Source of the DNA: Epithemia pelagica
Lineage: Eukaryota; Protista; Bacillariophyta
Direction of reading: 5' to 3'
NCBI GenBank assembly: GCA_946965045.2
Contig: OX337237.1
Coordinates: 62,001 to 126,000 of the forward strand
DNA: 64,000 nucleotides
Shown here: one piece after another, positions 31,398 through 41,980 of the stretch
Numbering within the stretch: position 1 is the stretch's first letter
How the letters are laid out: each line of letters starts with the position of its first letter
The notes under the pieces: model-generated
The model's input: the letters and a program-made list of their open reading frames with translations, nothing else
Databases searched by the model: none
What the model was told of the DNA's origin: nothing
Translations under genes and position numbers: made by a program

Positions 31398-33545
31398 ATG
31401 TCGTCGTCATTGTCCTCCCCCTCATCCGAACAACAAGCCATTGCTGCATCCAAGCGGTTGCAGGAGTTGCACCAGCTCCTCGTCCAAACTCAATCACCAC
31501 AACCACCACAGCAGTCCCAACGAATCGATGAAATGGTGCAACAATTGTGTGATCGAGACCAGTTTGACCCTGCCATGGTCGTTCAAGGTTTGGTACCAGC
31601 CCTCTTTGTACCATCACCTCAACAAGAACAAGAACAAGAACAAGCACAACCAGACACGAATGGCTGGACGGCCACATCCGCCTGGACCGTCTTGGAGTAT
31701 TTGGTGACACGACAGGCCACCGTGTTTGGACAACCGGCGGTCCACGCCGTCGAACGGTATTTGAAACAGGCTGTGCAACAAGAAGAAGCACAAGTCGTCC
31801 TGATGGACGACAACAACGATTGCAGTACTACTACTGCTTCGACATGGACATTGGTGGTTGTGTTGCCACCACCCTTGCTCGATACCTTGGTGTCGACGGC
31901 TCTGACCAGTGCCGAGGTGGGTCTGGCCAGTCCGGCCCACGACGCCTTGCTGCACGTGTGTCGTGGTGGACCACCCACGGTCTGGAGTGCCGTCTTGACA
32001 CAAATCGTGACCCTTTGGCAACACGCCCTCCAACCATCATCATCATCACCAACGACGACCCGTGCGGAATCCTCGTTGGTCGTACCATCCAGTACGACGG
32101 CGGTCCGATGTGCGTCCTGGTTGGTCTCCTTTCTCTTGCTCGAGTTCCCAAAGCCACCACCACCACAACAACAACAAGACGCTCCAACCAACACCACCAA
32201 CACCACAACGTCCACTCCCATGACAGTGGCCCGACAAACCGGAGCCTTGCAGTGTTTCCAAGACATGGTGTCCTTGTATTTTCAAGACGACCCCTTGGTC
32301 CAATTGTCCGTCTTGGATTTATTGGAACAATTGGCCGCCACCACTACAACTACCACTCTAGACCAACCAGAACGCTTGACGTGGCTCACATCGCCCGCCA
32401 TCTTGCATCCCCTGCTACGCTGGGCCGGAGCCGGAGACGTGAGGCTGGATACCAGGAACAGCCCTCTGCCACATATGGAAGAAAAAGATGCACAAGAACC
32501 CGATCCCTTTTTGGGAGGACCGGCCATTCGGGTCTTGGGGGCCATGTGTCAATTGGCGGCGGTCACCACCCCCACTCGGTCCTCCAATCACAATGACGAC
32601 AATACTCACAACGACCAAACCTGGAATGTACTATGTCGGGGCTTGTATCAAGCCTTGTCGCACTTGCAACACGCTGGATCCAACAGCACTCTGGAATTGG
32701 ATCGACTCGTTACCGTCACTGTGGTTTCGTCCTTGGCGCGTGCCTCCCCCCACGCCTTGCAATGGATTTTGGAACAGGAACCAGCAACATCAGGACAATC
32801 GGTCCATAAGAACACTCTTACAACTTGCTTGGCCGATTGGTGGGTGTCCATTCCCCATCAAGCGGCCCAATCCAAATTGCAAGCCGCCAGTCTCAATTCC
32901 ATCGCCATGGTATTGGAGCACAACTACTACCATGATTCCAACGCCAACAACGATCCAATGGACCTTGACGACGACGACAACGACCCGGAAACAACCAGAA
33001 CAACAACCAGAAGAACAACAACCAGAACGAGCATTGCCCAGCTCAAGAAACGACTCTATGCCTTGTTGGGAAGTGGCGGTGAGTCTACGAGCAACACGAC
33101 ACTTTCCACAACCACCACAACGGAATGGCTCGTGTCCTTGATGCGACAAGGTCACTTGGTACCCGATGTGGCCTTGGGAGCCTATGCCGTTGTGACAGCC
33201 TTTATTCTTCAACCGCAACAACAACCACAAGAAGGCGGATTGGCCCTCGTCTTGCAATCCAATGCCTTTGTCTCACTGGTTCTAGGAGATGGGGGACCAT
33301 CCAACAGCAGCAATACTAATAGTCAATTGGCATTGGCCCATCATGCCTTGTTGCAAGCCGTTTACGAACGTGCCAGCATTGGTAGTACGACAGCGACTAC
33401 AGACACTACCACCACAACGACCACACCCCTCTTGGCACCGGCCTTGTTGGACCAATTGCAGCACCGGATTCAACAAGGACCGTATGCCGCCACAACAACA
33501 AATCGAGGAGATCGTCCCTGGTATGTCATGACGGAACCGCAATGA
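31398..33545 (+). CDS. ARM/HEAT-repeat protein, similar to proteasome assembly chaperone PSMD5/S5b
   Basis: GALQCFQDMV...DDPLVQLSVLDLLEQLA...DPFLGGPAIRVLG resembles the PSMD5 DDxLxQLxxLExLxxLA block. ATG 31398 is preferred over the 31020 extension. Confidence 0.6.
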   Translation: MSSSLSSPSSEQQAIAASKRLQELHQLLVQTQSPQPPQQSQRIDEMVQQLCDRDQFDPAMVVQGLVPALFVPSPQQEQEQEQAQPDTNGWTATSAWTVLEYLVTRQATVFGQPAVHAVERYLKQAVQQEEAQVVLMDDNNDCSTTTASTWTLVVVLPPPLLDTLVSTALTSAEVGLASPAHDALLHVCRGGPPTVWSAVLTQIVTLWQHALQPSSSSPTTTRAESSLVVPSSTTAVRCASWLVSFLLLEFPKPPPPQQQQDAPTNTTNTTTSTPMTVARQTGALQCFQDMVSLYFQDDPLVQLSVLDLLEQLAATTTTTTLDQPERLTWLTSPAILHPLLRWAGAGDVRLDTRNSPLPHMEEKDAQEPDPFLGGPAIRVLGAMCQLAAVTTPTRSSNHNDDNTHNDQTWNVLCRGLYQALSHLQHAGSNSTLELDRLVTVTVVSSLARASPHALQWILEQEPATSGQSVHKNTLTTCLADWWVSIPHQAAQSKLQAASLNSIAMVLEHNYYHDSNANNDPMDLDDDDNDPETTRTTTRRTTTRTSIAQLKKRLYALLGSGGESTSNTTLSTTTTTEWLVSLMRQGHLVPDVALGAYAVVTAFILQPQQQPQEGGLALVLQSNAFVSLVLGDGGPSNSSNTNSQLALAHHALLQAVYERASIGSTTATTDTTTTTTTPLLAPALLDQLQHRIQQGPYAATTTNRGDRPWYVMTEPQ

Positions 33546-34162
33546 CACACACAACGAATCCCAAAAGATGAATGTGAAGAATCCCCCACAAATGCGACTC
33601 TTTTGTTTTGCTCCGCCTCGACACACAGACACAACCTACCATCCGGTCCGGTCCATCCTCCTCCTATTAGGAATGCCTTGTTTGGGCGCTTTGTGGTGTC
33701 GTCGTCGTCATAACATAGAGTTCTGTTGACATCTATTCTACTAGAGTGATCTAATAGGAGTGTTTTTGGAACCTTGGAGGAATAGAGAATCTCTCTAGTA
33801 GAGAGAAAGACACGAGAGCAAGAACGATCATGTCTCTAGCTAGATAGAGAGTCGAGTAACCTTAGCCTTCCCCCCACATAGCAGTAATAGTATTGGTTCC
33901 TTACCCGGAGATTTGGGGAAAATACAACCCGGAGATGAACTCTCTTTGACATGACATCCAAAGATCACCACACGTCATACGCGATCCAAATCTCATCGCA
34001 TTTGGAATGTGGATCCTGTTGATGCTATTGCTGCCTTGGTGATTGGTGATATCTTGACGCTGGATGTCTCTCTTCTCTCTTCTCTCCCTGTCTCTACAAC
34101 CAAAGAATCCCAGCAGTCCTCTCTCTCTCTCGCTCTCTCTGTATCTTTAGTCATTCTCCAGG

Positions 34163-36400
34163 ATGCGGTGGCCCGTTCTTCGTACCAGCAGCAGCAGCAC
34201 GGCGAGGACTCACATTCCACCTTCCTTCCTCCATCACCACCAACAGCGAATGCCCGTAGTGTGTCGACCGCGACCGCACCATGCCCTTGCTGTGGCTGGC
34301 CAATTCCACAGTAGTAGTAGTTCCACAAGACCACCACCACACCTCCACAACACCAGGTTCCGATGTGCTGCTGCTGGCAGTATCGATTGGACTCGATCAT
34401 CCAGGACACGACGACGCACCCTATTCTTCCACCCCGTGAATACTAGTACCACTGGATCATCCCAACACCCTTATTTTTCAAGACCGTATTCCACAAGCAA
34501 ACCAACCAGAACATCATCGACAACAACAACAGCAGACGACAATGATTGGATACTGGAATCGGCCGTCATGGCCCGATTGCGATTGGGCATGGGCAGTCAC
34601 CAGTGGTCCCAACTCGTGGCGCCGAGCAGTCCGGGTGGTCGTAACGACACCACCACTCCAAGTACAACAGTCTATCAAGATATTGTGGAAACCGCCTTGT
34701 GCAATGGGGTCACCACCCTCGAAGTGGGACAAGAAGGAGGCGATGCCGTCTTGGCCTCCATTTTGAAACAGGCACTCTCATCCGACGACACGTTGTCGTC
34801 GTCCACCACCACAACCCCGTCCAGTATTACCTTGTTGAAACGCGTCGGATATCGAACCGTGGTATCCTCCACCCGTGACGACCCGAGTCAATCCTCCTCC
34901 CAATCATCCGAACCACCAGAACGACCCTTGTCGTGGACCAAACTCTTGCCGGGCGATGTCCTGGTCGAAGACATTTCGCAACCCACCACCACAGCAACCG
35001 CAACGACTGACTCGGACCGTGGCACGGCACCTCCCTCCCAGACAACAACCACGGTCGTGCACAATATTTCGTCTCCTAGCATCCAAGCCGCCCTGGAGGA
35101 ATCACCCCTCGTCTACCATCCAAGTGTCAATACACAACATGACAAAGCCAAGTTGCAATTGCAACTCTTGGTGCACAATCCCGAAGTTCAGGGTACCGTC
35201 AATGGACAATCCTTGACGTTTGAACAACGACAAGCTCGCATTTGTGACAAGCTGACCGAATCCTTTGTCGCCTTGCAACAGCAAATTCTGCAACAACAAC
35301 AAGAAGAAGAACTCGACCATGCCAATGACACTAACAGTCCCTGGTTCCACTTGTCGTCCTTTGGTCTTTGCAGTCATGGCTTGGCCTTGCCGCCCGATTA
35401 TGATTTGCACTTGAGTTGGACACAGGCCGTGGTACCCGCCTTGGAACAAGCATATGGGCAACTTCTCCCAACATTGTCCAACAGCAGTCCTACCAATGAC
35501 CATCATCCCTTGTCGACCTTGGCCTTTTCGACCGTGCAATTGCCCCTCAATGTGTGGGAACCCACGGGCTTGGCCGTGGCACACGCCATGAAACAGTACC
35601 ATGCCTCCATTCAAATTTACGCCATGCGTCCCTTGACGGCCTATCCCACGAGCAGTACCACCAATACGACAAACAGCGGTGTCATCCCGCTTCATCCACC
35701 GGGCGCCCAAGGATTTCCCGTCGTTGTGTCCGATTGGCAACTTCCTTCCAGCGACACTACGTCCCGGACAACGTGGACACACGAACTGCGGGCTCCACCC
35801 CAAGCCTATCAAACAGCCTTGCAAGCGGCCTTGCAACATTTTGATGCCGAAGACCTTTTGCAACAGCAACAGCAATCGACTGAGAAATTGACGCCGGAAC
35901 AAGAAGAAACCCTACAAGGCTGTCGCTTGTTGCAACAATTGTTGCACGAATTGGATGCCGCCTTGGATACTGTCACGAGTTGGGACGCGCACGAACAGGC
36001 CCTGGTCCATCAAGTGATTCCCCGCATTCACCATACCTTTGAAGCCTACGATGATGAAACGGCCGCCGTCTTGCAAACCTTTTTTGCCGCCTACAGTACG
36101 GCCGTCCGGTTCAGTATCGCACGCAATGCCCGACGACACATGCAGGCTGTCATTGACCAACACGGCCAACAAGAAACAGACTCGACGTATCAGTATCCTC
36201 CCCTGCCAGACCATGTGAAATTGCAGGACTATGCCTTGCAATTTTTACTCAGTCAAACCTATACTTCACCCGACATGGAAAAGAAGGTGCCATTGATTGA
36301 CAAGTTGATTGTGGGATTTACCGAAGCTGGTCATATATTGCATGATTTGGAGGTGATTCATCAACACATTTTGTTGTCGGAATCTTCCCAGACGCCTTGA
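34163..36400 (+). CDS. Aldo/keto-reductase-fold protein with an organellar-transit-like N-terminus
   Basis: IVETALCNGVTTLEV, LLKRVGY, LLVHNPE, SFGLCSHGL, VQLPLNVWE, IYAMRPL, YALQFLL and LIVG appear in the order expected for an AKR barrel. Confidence 0.65.
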   Translation: MRWPVLRTSSSSTARTHIPPSFLHHHQQRMPVVCRPRPHHALAVAGQFHSSSSSTRPPPHLHNTRFRCAAAGSIDWTRSSRTRRRTLFFHPVNTSTTGSSQHPYFSRPYSTSKPTRTSSTTTTADDNDWILESAVMARLRLGMGSHQWSQLVAPSSPGGRNDTTTPSTTVYQDIVETALCNGVTTLEVGQEGGDAVLASILKQALSSDDTLSSSTTTTPSSITLLKRVGYRTVVSSTRDDPSQSSSQSSEPPERPLSWTKLLPGDVLVEDISQPTTTATATTDSDRGTAPPSQTTTTVVHNISSPSIQAALEESPLVYHPSVNTQHDKAKLQLQLLVHNPEVQGTVNGQSLTFEQRQARICDKLTESFVALQQQILQQQQEEELDHANDTNSPWFHLSSFGLCSHGLALPPDYDLHLSWTQAVVPALEQAYGQLLPTLSNSSPTNDHHPLSTLAFSTVQLPLNVWEPTGLAVAHAMKQYHASIQIYAMRPLTAYPTSSTTNTTNSGVIPLHPPGAQGFPVVVSDWQLPSSDTTSRTTWTHELRAPPQAYQTALQAALQHFDAEDLLQQQQQSTEKLTPEQEETLQGCRLLQQLLHELDAALDTVTSWDAHEQALVHQVIPRIHHTFEAYDDETAAVLQTFFAAYSTAVRFSIARNARRHMQAVIDQHGQQETDSTYQYPPLPDHVKLQDYALQFLLSQTYTSPDMEKKVPLIDKLIVGFTEAGHILHDLEVIHQHILLSESSQTP

Positions 36401-37509
36401 GTCGTAGCAACAAGAGCCGACTCCATCTTCTCCTTTTCGGTAGCGAGAATCTCCGACATGAGAAACGGACCCTCGCCCATATAGACAGGGTTGCGCGAAA
36501 CGAGTATAGCTAGGTATCTTCCTAGCTAGACAATTCGAACTACTCGATGGAGTCGTTCGACTCGCACCGAGAAACAAACTATGGGGATCTTTTTCTCGTG
36601 TCGTTGTTTTGGAGACGACCGCCACATTGGTTTCGATCAGAGCTTCTACCTCTAAGAGTAGGTTGCTCCTTAGGAGTTTACTCATGCTCCCGAGAGGACA
36701 TAATATTGCGAGACCGAATTCGTCACCCGGCGTGAATTTCCGGGAACCCAAATTTTCACAACGGACGAAAAAGCTCCTCACAATTTTGGCAGACAAAGAT
36801 TATGTAATAGTAGTAGTAGGAGTTTGATAACTTGCGCCTATGGGAGTAACTGATGATCTCTTTTACCCCTTCCAGACGGGGTCCAACTGTGTCTGGACCT
36901 CGAAGAAGAGCTTTGCAACGGCAAAATCCATGGACGAGAATGACAGTCAGTATCTATAATAGAGTTCCATCATGAAAGGATCTGTTACCCAACTTTTAGC
37001 ACTAAAAACAAATAGCGCACCGAAAAATACAAATGCACGCACCAAAAAAAAATTCCTTGCGTTTTCCTTAGCGTTACAATATTCATCGTTTTTTCACAAC
37101 CCATCGTTTGTATCCATTATTTCTTTTGTTTTGCGGCTCCGTCTTCATTCCTATTCCTTTTCCCTTCTCCACCATCACCATCCGGCATATCATCATCCAA
37201 TCCATCCCTTGTTTCATGGAGAGCACTTCTATTGCCGCAGTGCCATCCTTTCACCTTATTATCATTGTTTTTAAATGATCATCTGTCGTACCTCATCGGG
37301 TCACCATTGTCCATTCTGTGGTCCCCAATCTCTCATTTCTTTCCCCCAACCCAGATAAAGAGACATTGAGTCCCGGTAACCCTTGGTCTTATTTGTCGAG
37401 TGTTTTGTTTCCAAATGTCGCAACATTTGCCTACAAATAAGTCCATATTTGTGACAAATACAATAACGTGAGTTTTTTTCTATCATATGTGGTCTACAAA
37501 TACGTGCAC

Positions 37510-37546
37510 TGCATCTATTTGTCGATCCGGTCGACAAATAGATGCA
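37510..37546. repeat. Perfect 16-bp inverted repeat with a 5-nt spacer
   Basis: tgcatctatttgtcga-tccgg-tcgacaaatagatgca. Confidence 0.95.
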
Positions 37547-38029
37547 AATCTCATGACGTCATCTCCACTTATGCCTTTATTTTTCCAGATCTTTGTGACA
37601 GCATTGTCGCACACGTGACAAACTCATCTGCCAAACGCACCTTTGCTTCTGTTCCAACCATTCTTCCTTGTCGACCTGGTCCTGCTTGTACCCCTTTGAC
37701 TTCCTGGTACGTTCATTACATGATTCCAATGGATTGTGCTATATGATCTAACAACGACACAAATCTTTTGCTCCAACGCCATTGATTCCCTTCGTTTATT
37801 TTTGTTTCGGAACTACCACCCTCTGCCATCAGAGTTGATCATTGGCTTTGGTTCCTTTCTTTTTGATCTACCTTTTTGAGATCGACACAGAATTTGTCCG
37901 GCGCAAGCGACACTGTGGTAGCTTGGCTGGCTGGTGGTGTGAGTGACACTGTGGTAACTCGACCAGCAAATTCTGTTCCTCAATACGTATCCCCAAGACA
38001 ATTTCCCATCCTTGAATGCTGAACCAAGA

Positions 38030-41000
38030 ATGTCTCTCAGGAAGAAGAAGGGCAAGGATACCGGAAAGGAAGAACAGATCTCTGCTGAAGATTTCAACCT
38101 ACTCCGTCGTTTTATCAATTTGATCAAGCCCCTAACAAATGATTCTGCAAATGTCTCAAATCAGAGAGAAGACAACTCTGGTTCTGACAGTGATTTTACA
38201 GATTCCAACCCTGATGACGAGTTATCTGACGATTCGAACAATACAACACCTACACCCACACGTGTTACAAGATCTACAACCGGTGCATCTTCCCACAACA
38301 ACCGTACCTCTCAAAATTTGAAAAGGAGAGGCTCTACTACGTCTCTTTCACGCTCAAGAAAGGAACGTCCTAGAAAGTATCAGAAGTCTGAGAAGAAGGG
38401 CAGAGTTCAAGCTAATGCAGAAGAAGAAATGCAGGTAGATGAAGATGTTGAGTCTGATGAAGAAAATCTTGTCAGTCATGTCGACCCTCAGGATCTCCCT
38501 GAGACGTTCGATGGAAATTTAGACGAAGAGCATCGTCATAGATTTAACCTTGAAGTTTTTGGTAACTCATTTGCTGATGTTGCGAATCTTTCACCCGAAA
38601 GTGGGGTTGCTGGTGCAAATACCAAGTTCATGTCCAGGTCCCAAATGGATCATGAAATATATATCAAAAGATTCTGGAGTACTGGCAACCCAAGAGCCAA
38701 GGGTCCTGCATACGAGGGTGCACCTGACCCTAGAACACCTATAGGATTTCGTAAACTGTATCCTCAAGGACGAAATGCAAAGCTTGTGCGAAGAGAGGTT
38801 CGATCAATTACGTTACCTGATGGTACAGTGGAATATTTATTGTACGACAGAGACTTACGGGTTGTTGCCGTTGAGGACGTGTTTGATACAATAAGAGAGA
38901 AGCATATTCAAACTGGACATAAGCTTTCAGAAGAGACGACTTACAACCTCATCAAGAATGAGTACCATAACATCACTATTCGCCAAGTCAAAAGTTTCAT
39001 CAAGGGTTGTCCTCAGTGCATGTTGCAACGCAAGAAAACAGCACCACACAAGGGAGCATCGAAACCTATTCGTTCCTTTGGTTTTCGAGACCGCTTCCAG
39101 GCAGACCTTATCCTAATGGATGAAGAAGGAAAGACAGGTGCCAAAGATATCTACGGGGTCGAAATGCATTACATTTTGTCTTGTAAAGACCATTTTTCAC
39201 AGTTCGTAATGCTCGCTGCGGTACCAAGCAAGAGTCCCACCTACATAGCTCATCAATTGGGAAATATGTTTGGTATTGTTGGTTTTCCAGCTATATACCA
39301 GAGTGATAATGGGTCTGAAGTATGTGGAAATGAAGTGATTTCCATGCTACTCATTAACAATCCCTACATCCACACATGTACTGGGAGGCCCCGTACTCCA
39401 CGTGAACAAGGTTCTGTTGAAAACGCAAATAGGGGGATCAGGAATGCAGTGCAGTCAATTGTTGCAGAGGAATGGGCAAAAGGTAACAACACATTCAATT
39501 GGACCATGGCCCTAGGAAGGACGATGAGTGCATTGAATGGTGTTTCGCGACGAACGACAGCCAAGGCAATATCATCCTATGAAACTGCGTTTGGGGCTCA
39601 GTTTGGGTCCCCCTTTTCCGATGTCAAGGGATATTCACGAGAAGAAATCAACCTTGGAAAGACTGCTGTGGAACGATGTCGAGCCACTGGCAGTCAGGCG
39701 CTGACAGAAAAATTTGCCATCTGTGGAGAGATTACTCCTGATGATCTTGCAAATCTTGGTGAGCTGGCAACATCACGAGTTCGTTACCTTATGGAACTAT
39801 ATCAAGCAACACAAGATGAGGTTGCGGATGAAAAGTTTTTGGCCGCAGGGAAAACAAACTCAAACGAGAATGACCAGCAAAAACCAATGCATAATCCCAG
39901 CGGTGAGGAAGAAGGACTTGATCATAAAGAGCCTGACATTGTGGAACGGAATGTCACAAGGGAAATGGGTTTGTTTTGCCGTGAAACATATGACTCTGTG
40001 ATGCAGACGGATAGATCTACATCATTGGAAGAGCTATTGGAAAAAGAAACAATGCATTCCAGCAAATCAAGCCAAGAGTCCAACAAAATAGTCCAAGAGT
40101 CCAACAAATCAGTGCAGGAAACCAAAAAGTCGGCGCCAAAACCTGACAAATCGGTGCAAAAGCCCGGCAAATCGGTGCAGAAACCCGGCAAATCGGTGCA
40201 AAAACCCGGCAAATCGGTGCAAAAACCCGGCAAATCGGTGCAAAAACCCGGCAAATCGGTGCAAGAGTCCAACAAATCGGTACAAGAGTCCAACAAATCG
40301 GTACAAGAGTCCAACAAATCGGTGCAAGACTCCGACAAATCGGTGCAAGACTCCAGCAAATCGGTGCAAGAGTCCGACAAATCGGTGAAAGAGTCCAACA
40401 AATCGGTGCAAAAGCCCGGCAAATCGGTGCAGAAACCCGGCAAATCGGTGCAAAAACCGGGCAAATCGGTGCAAGAGTCCAACAAATCGGTGCAAGAGTC
40501 CAACAAATCGGTACAAGAGTCCAACAAATCGGTGCAAGAGTCCAACAAATCGGTGCAAGATTCCAACAAATCGGTGCAAGATTCCAACAAATCGGTGCAA
40601 AAACCTGGCAAATCGGTGCAAGAGTCTGACAAATCGGTGCAAGAGTCCAACAAATTGATGCAAGAGTCAGACAAATTGGTGCAACACTCGAACAAATTGG
40701 TGCAAAAACCCAGCAAATTGGTGCAAGACGATGAAGAACTCCGAGAATCGTTAGACGCATTTCATAAATCTCTACAAAGGGACGACACCATGTGGCAGAA
40801 ACAAGCCATGAGACCATCACTGGGTACGCAAGACATCCAATTGCAGGCACATGAATTGGTGGGTACAGAGAAACCACTGGAAAAGATGGATGGAATGACG
40901 CACCATGACAATGATGACGAGTCCATTGTTGTTGTGGAAGAGGAAGAAGAAACCGACTATGAGATAGAAAGAGAATTTGATACGGAGGCTCCAATGTTGT

Positions 41001-41926
41001 GTACTGTTCTGCGCTTCTTGACAGCATCAGATAAGTACCAGAAGGCTGAACCCAAAGACAGGGTTCTACAAGTCCGTATTTACTGTGTGACATGCCCATT
41101 GCTCCGGAACAGGCGTGTGTCTCTGGATATTCCCTCGAAATATTGTTTACGACATTATTTTGGACCCTCTTCAACTGCTTGGCTACCAGATATATTGGTC
41201 CATTCATTTGGGGTTTTGTCTGCCCACTGGCATCATCGAGAAAATGTTGTTTTCTATGACGTTGCGCGCAATCTTGCAAGTAGTTCACTGAATGATATGA
41301 GGAAAGTTGTTGGACGACCATCTCTTTTGATAAAAAAGAATCCCAAAATCAACGAATTGATTGTCTTGGCCATGGCTAATGAGCATTACGTCATATTGCA
41401 AGTATTACTTCCTGAGAAAAAGACTATTGTCTATGATGGAATGGAAAAGACAAATCACAAGGCATGGTCAAATGTAACCAAGTTTGTGCTTTGGAAATTC
41501 GGAATTCAAGGATTGGACAACGTCACCAAGCCCACCATCATCAAAGACACATCAAAAAAGAAAGTTACCGAAAAGTGGGTACTGGTGCGTGACTACAAAA
41601 TGATCGGCATTCAACGTGATTCTCATTCATGTGGGCCAATAGCAATATTGGTTATAGCCTGTCTGTTTCATACGTCCAATGACAAGGAAAACAGGAATTT
41701 ATCACAACTCCATCCAGCAAACATGAACAGATATCAATGGCGGGAAAATGCGGCAAACTTATTCAGGAAATATATATGCTTTGCATGGAATAACCTTTAT
41801 GCACAGAAATATGTGGACCAAGAACAACGAGAAAACATCTGTGACATCAATACTGAAAAGCAGTGCAACGACTTCCTTGACGCACAACCACAACGCCGAT
41901 CAAACAGGAATATATCACGAAGGTGA
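38030..41926 (+). CDS. Integrase-like transposase: HHCC zinc domain, rve DDE core, heptad repeat array and Ulp1/C48 peptidase domain
   Basis: KHIQTGH...CPQC; FQADLILM, YQSDNGSE and QGSVENAN (D-D-E); C-terminal NEHYVIL, IVYDGM and IQRDSHSCGPIA (H-D-Q-C). First ATG at 38030. Confidence 0.9.
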   Translation: MSLRKKKGKDTGKEEQISAEDFNLLRRFINLIKPLTNDSANVSNQREDNSGSDSDFTDSNPDDELSDDSNNTTPTPTRVTRSTTGASSHNNRTSQNLKRRGSTTSLSRSRKERPRKYQKSEKKGRVQANAEEEMQVDEDVESDEENLVSHVDPQDLPETFDGNLDEEHRHRFNLEVFGNSFADVANLSPESGVAGANTKFMSRSQMDHEIYIKRFWSTGNPRAKGPAYEGAPDPRTPIGFRKLYPQGRNAKLVRREVRSITLPDGTVEYLLYDRDLRVVAVEDVFDTIREKHIQTGHKLSEETTYNLIKNEYHNITIRQVKSFIKGCPQCMLQRKKTAPHKGASKPIRSFGFRDRFQADLILMDEEGKTGAKDIYGVEMHYILSCKDHFSQFVMLAAVPSKSPTYIAHQLGNMFGIVGFPAIYQSDNGSEVCGNEVISMLLINNPYIHTCTGRPRTPREQGSVENANRGIRNAVQSIVAEEWAKGNNTFNWTMALGRTMSALNGVSRRTTAKAISSYETAFGAQFGSPFSDVKGYSREEINLGKTAVERCRATGSQALTEKFAICGEITPDDLANLGELATSRVRYLMELYQATQDEVADEKFLAAGKTNSNENDQQKPMHNPSGEEEGLDHKEPDIVERNVTREMGLFCRETYDSVMQTDRSTSLEELLEKETMHSSKSSQESNKIVQESNKSVQETKKSAPKPDKSVQKPGKSVQKPGKSVQKPGKSVQKPGKSVQKPGKSVQESNKSVQESNKSVQESNKSVQDSDKSVQDSSKSVQESDKSVKESNKSVQKPGKSVQKPGKSVQKPGKSVQESNKSVQESNKSVQESNKSVQESNKSVQDSNKSVQDSNKSVQKPGKSVQESDKSVQESNKLMQESDKLVQHSNKLVQKPSKLVQDDEELRESLDAFHKSLQRDDTMWQKQAMRPSLGTQDIQLQAHELVGTEKPLEKMDGMTHHDNDDESIVVVEEEEETDYEIEREFDTEAPMLCTVLRFLTASDKYQKAEPKDRVLQVRIYCVTCPLLRNRRVSLDIPSKYCLRHYFGPSSTAWLPDILVHSFGVLSAHWHHRENVVFYDVARNLASSSLNDMRKVVGRPSLLIKKNPKINELIVLAMANEHYVILQVLLPEKKTIVYDGMEKTNHKAWSNVTKFVLWKFGIQGLDNVTKPTIIKDTSKKKVTEKWVLVRDYKMIGIQRDSHSCGPIAILVIACLFHTSNDKENRNLSQLHPANMNRYQWRENAANLFRKYICFAWNNLYAQKYVDQEQRENICDINTEKQCNDFLDAQPQRRSNRNISRR
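40073..40723 (+). repeat. Coding minisatellite of 31 x 21 bp (QESNKSV and QKPGKSV variants)
   Basis: Counted in the translation: units such as caagagtccaacaaatcggtg and caaaaacccggcaaatcggtg. Confidence 0.98.
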
Positions 41927-41980
41927 GAATCTTATTCATGGAAGGTTACCTATTGTTTGGATAAGCATTTCTTATAATAG

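Noticed and set aside
40073-40723. Heptad lysines as consensus SUMO sites for the adjacent Ulp1 domain
   Set aside because: The units do not match Psi-K-x-E or the inverted consensus.
39922-41321. Three long minus-strand repeat ORFs (CTDLLDS, LAPICWT, LLHRFVG) that look LRR- or solenoid-like
   Set aside because: They are antisense shadows of the stop-free 21-bp minisatellite in the integrase gene.
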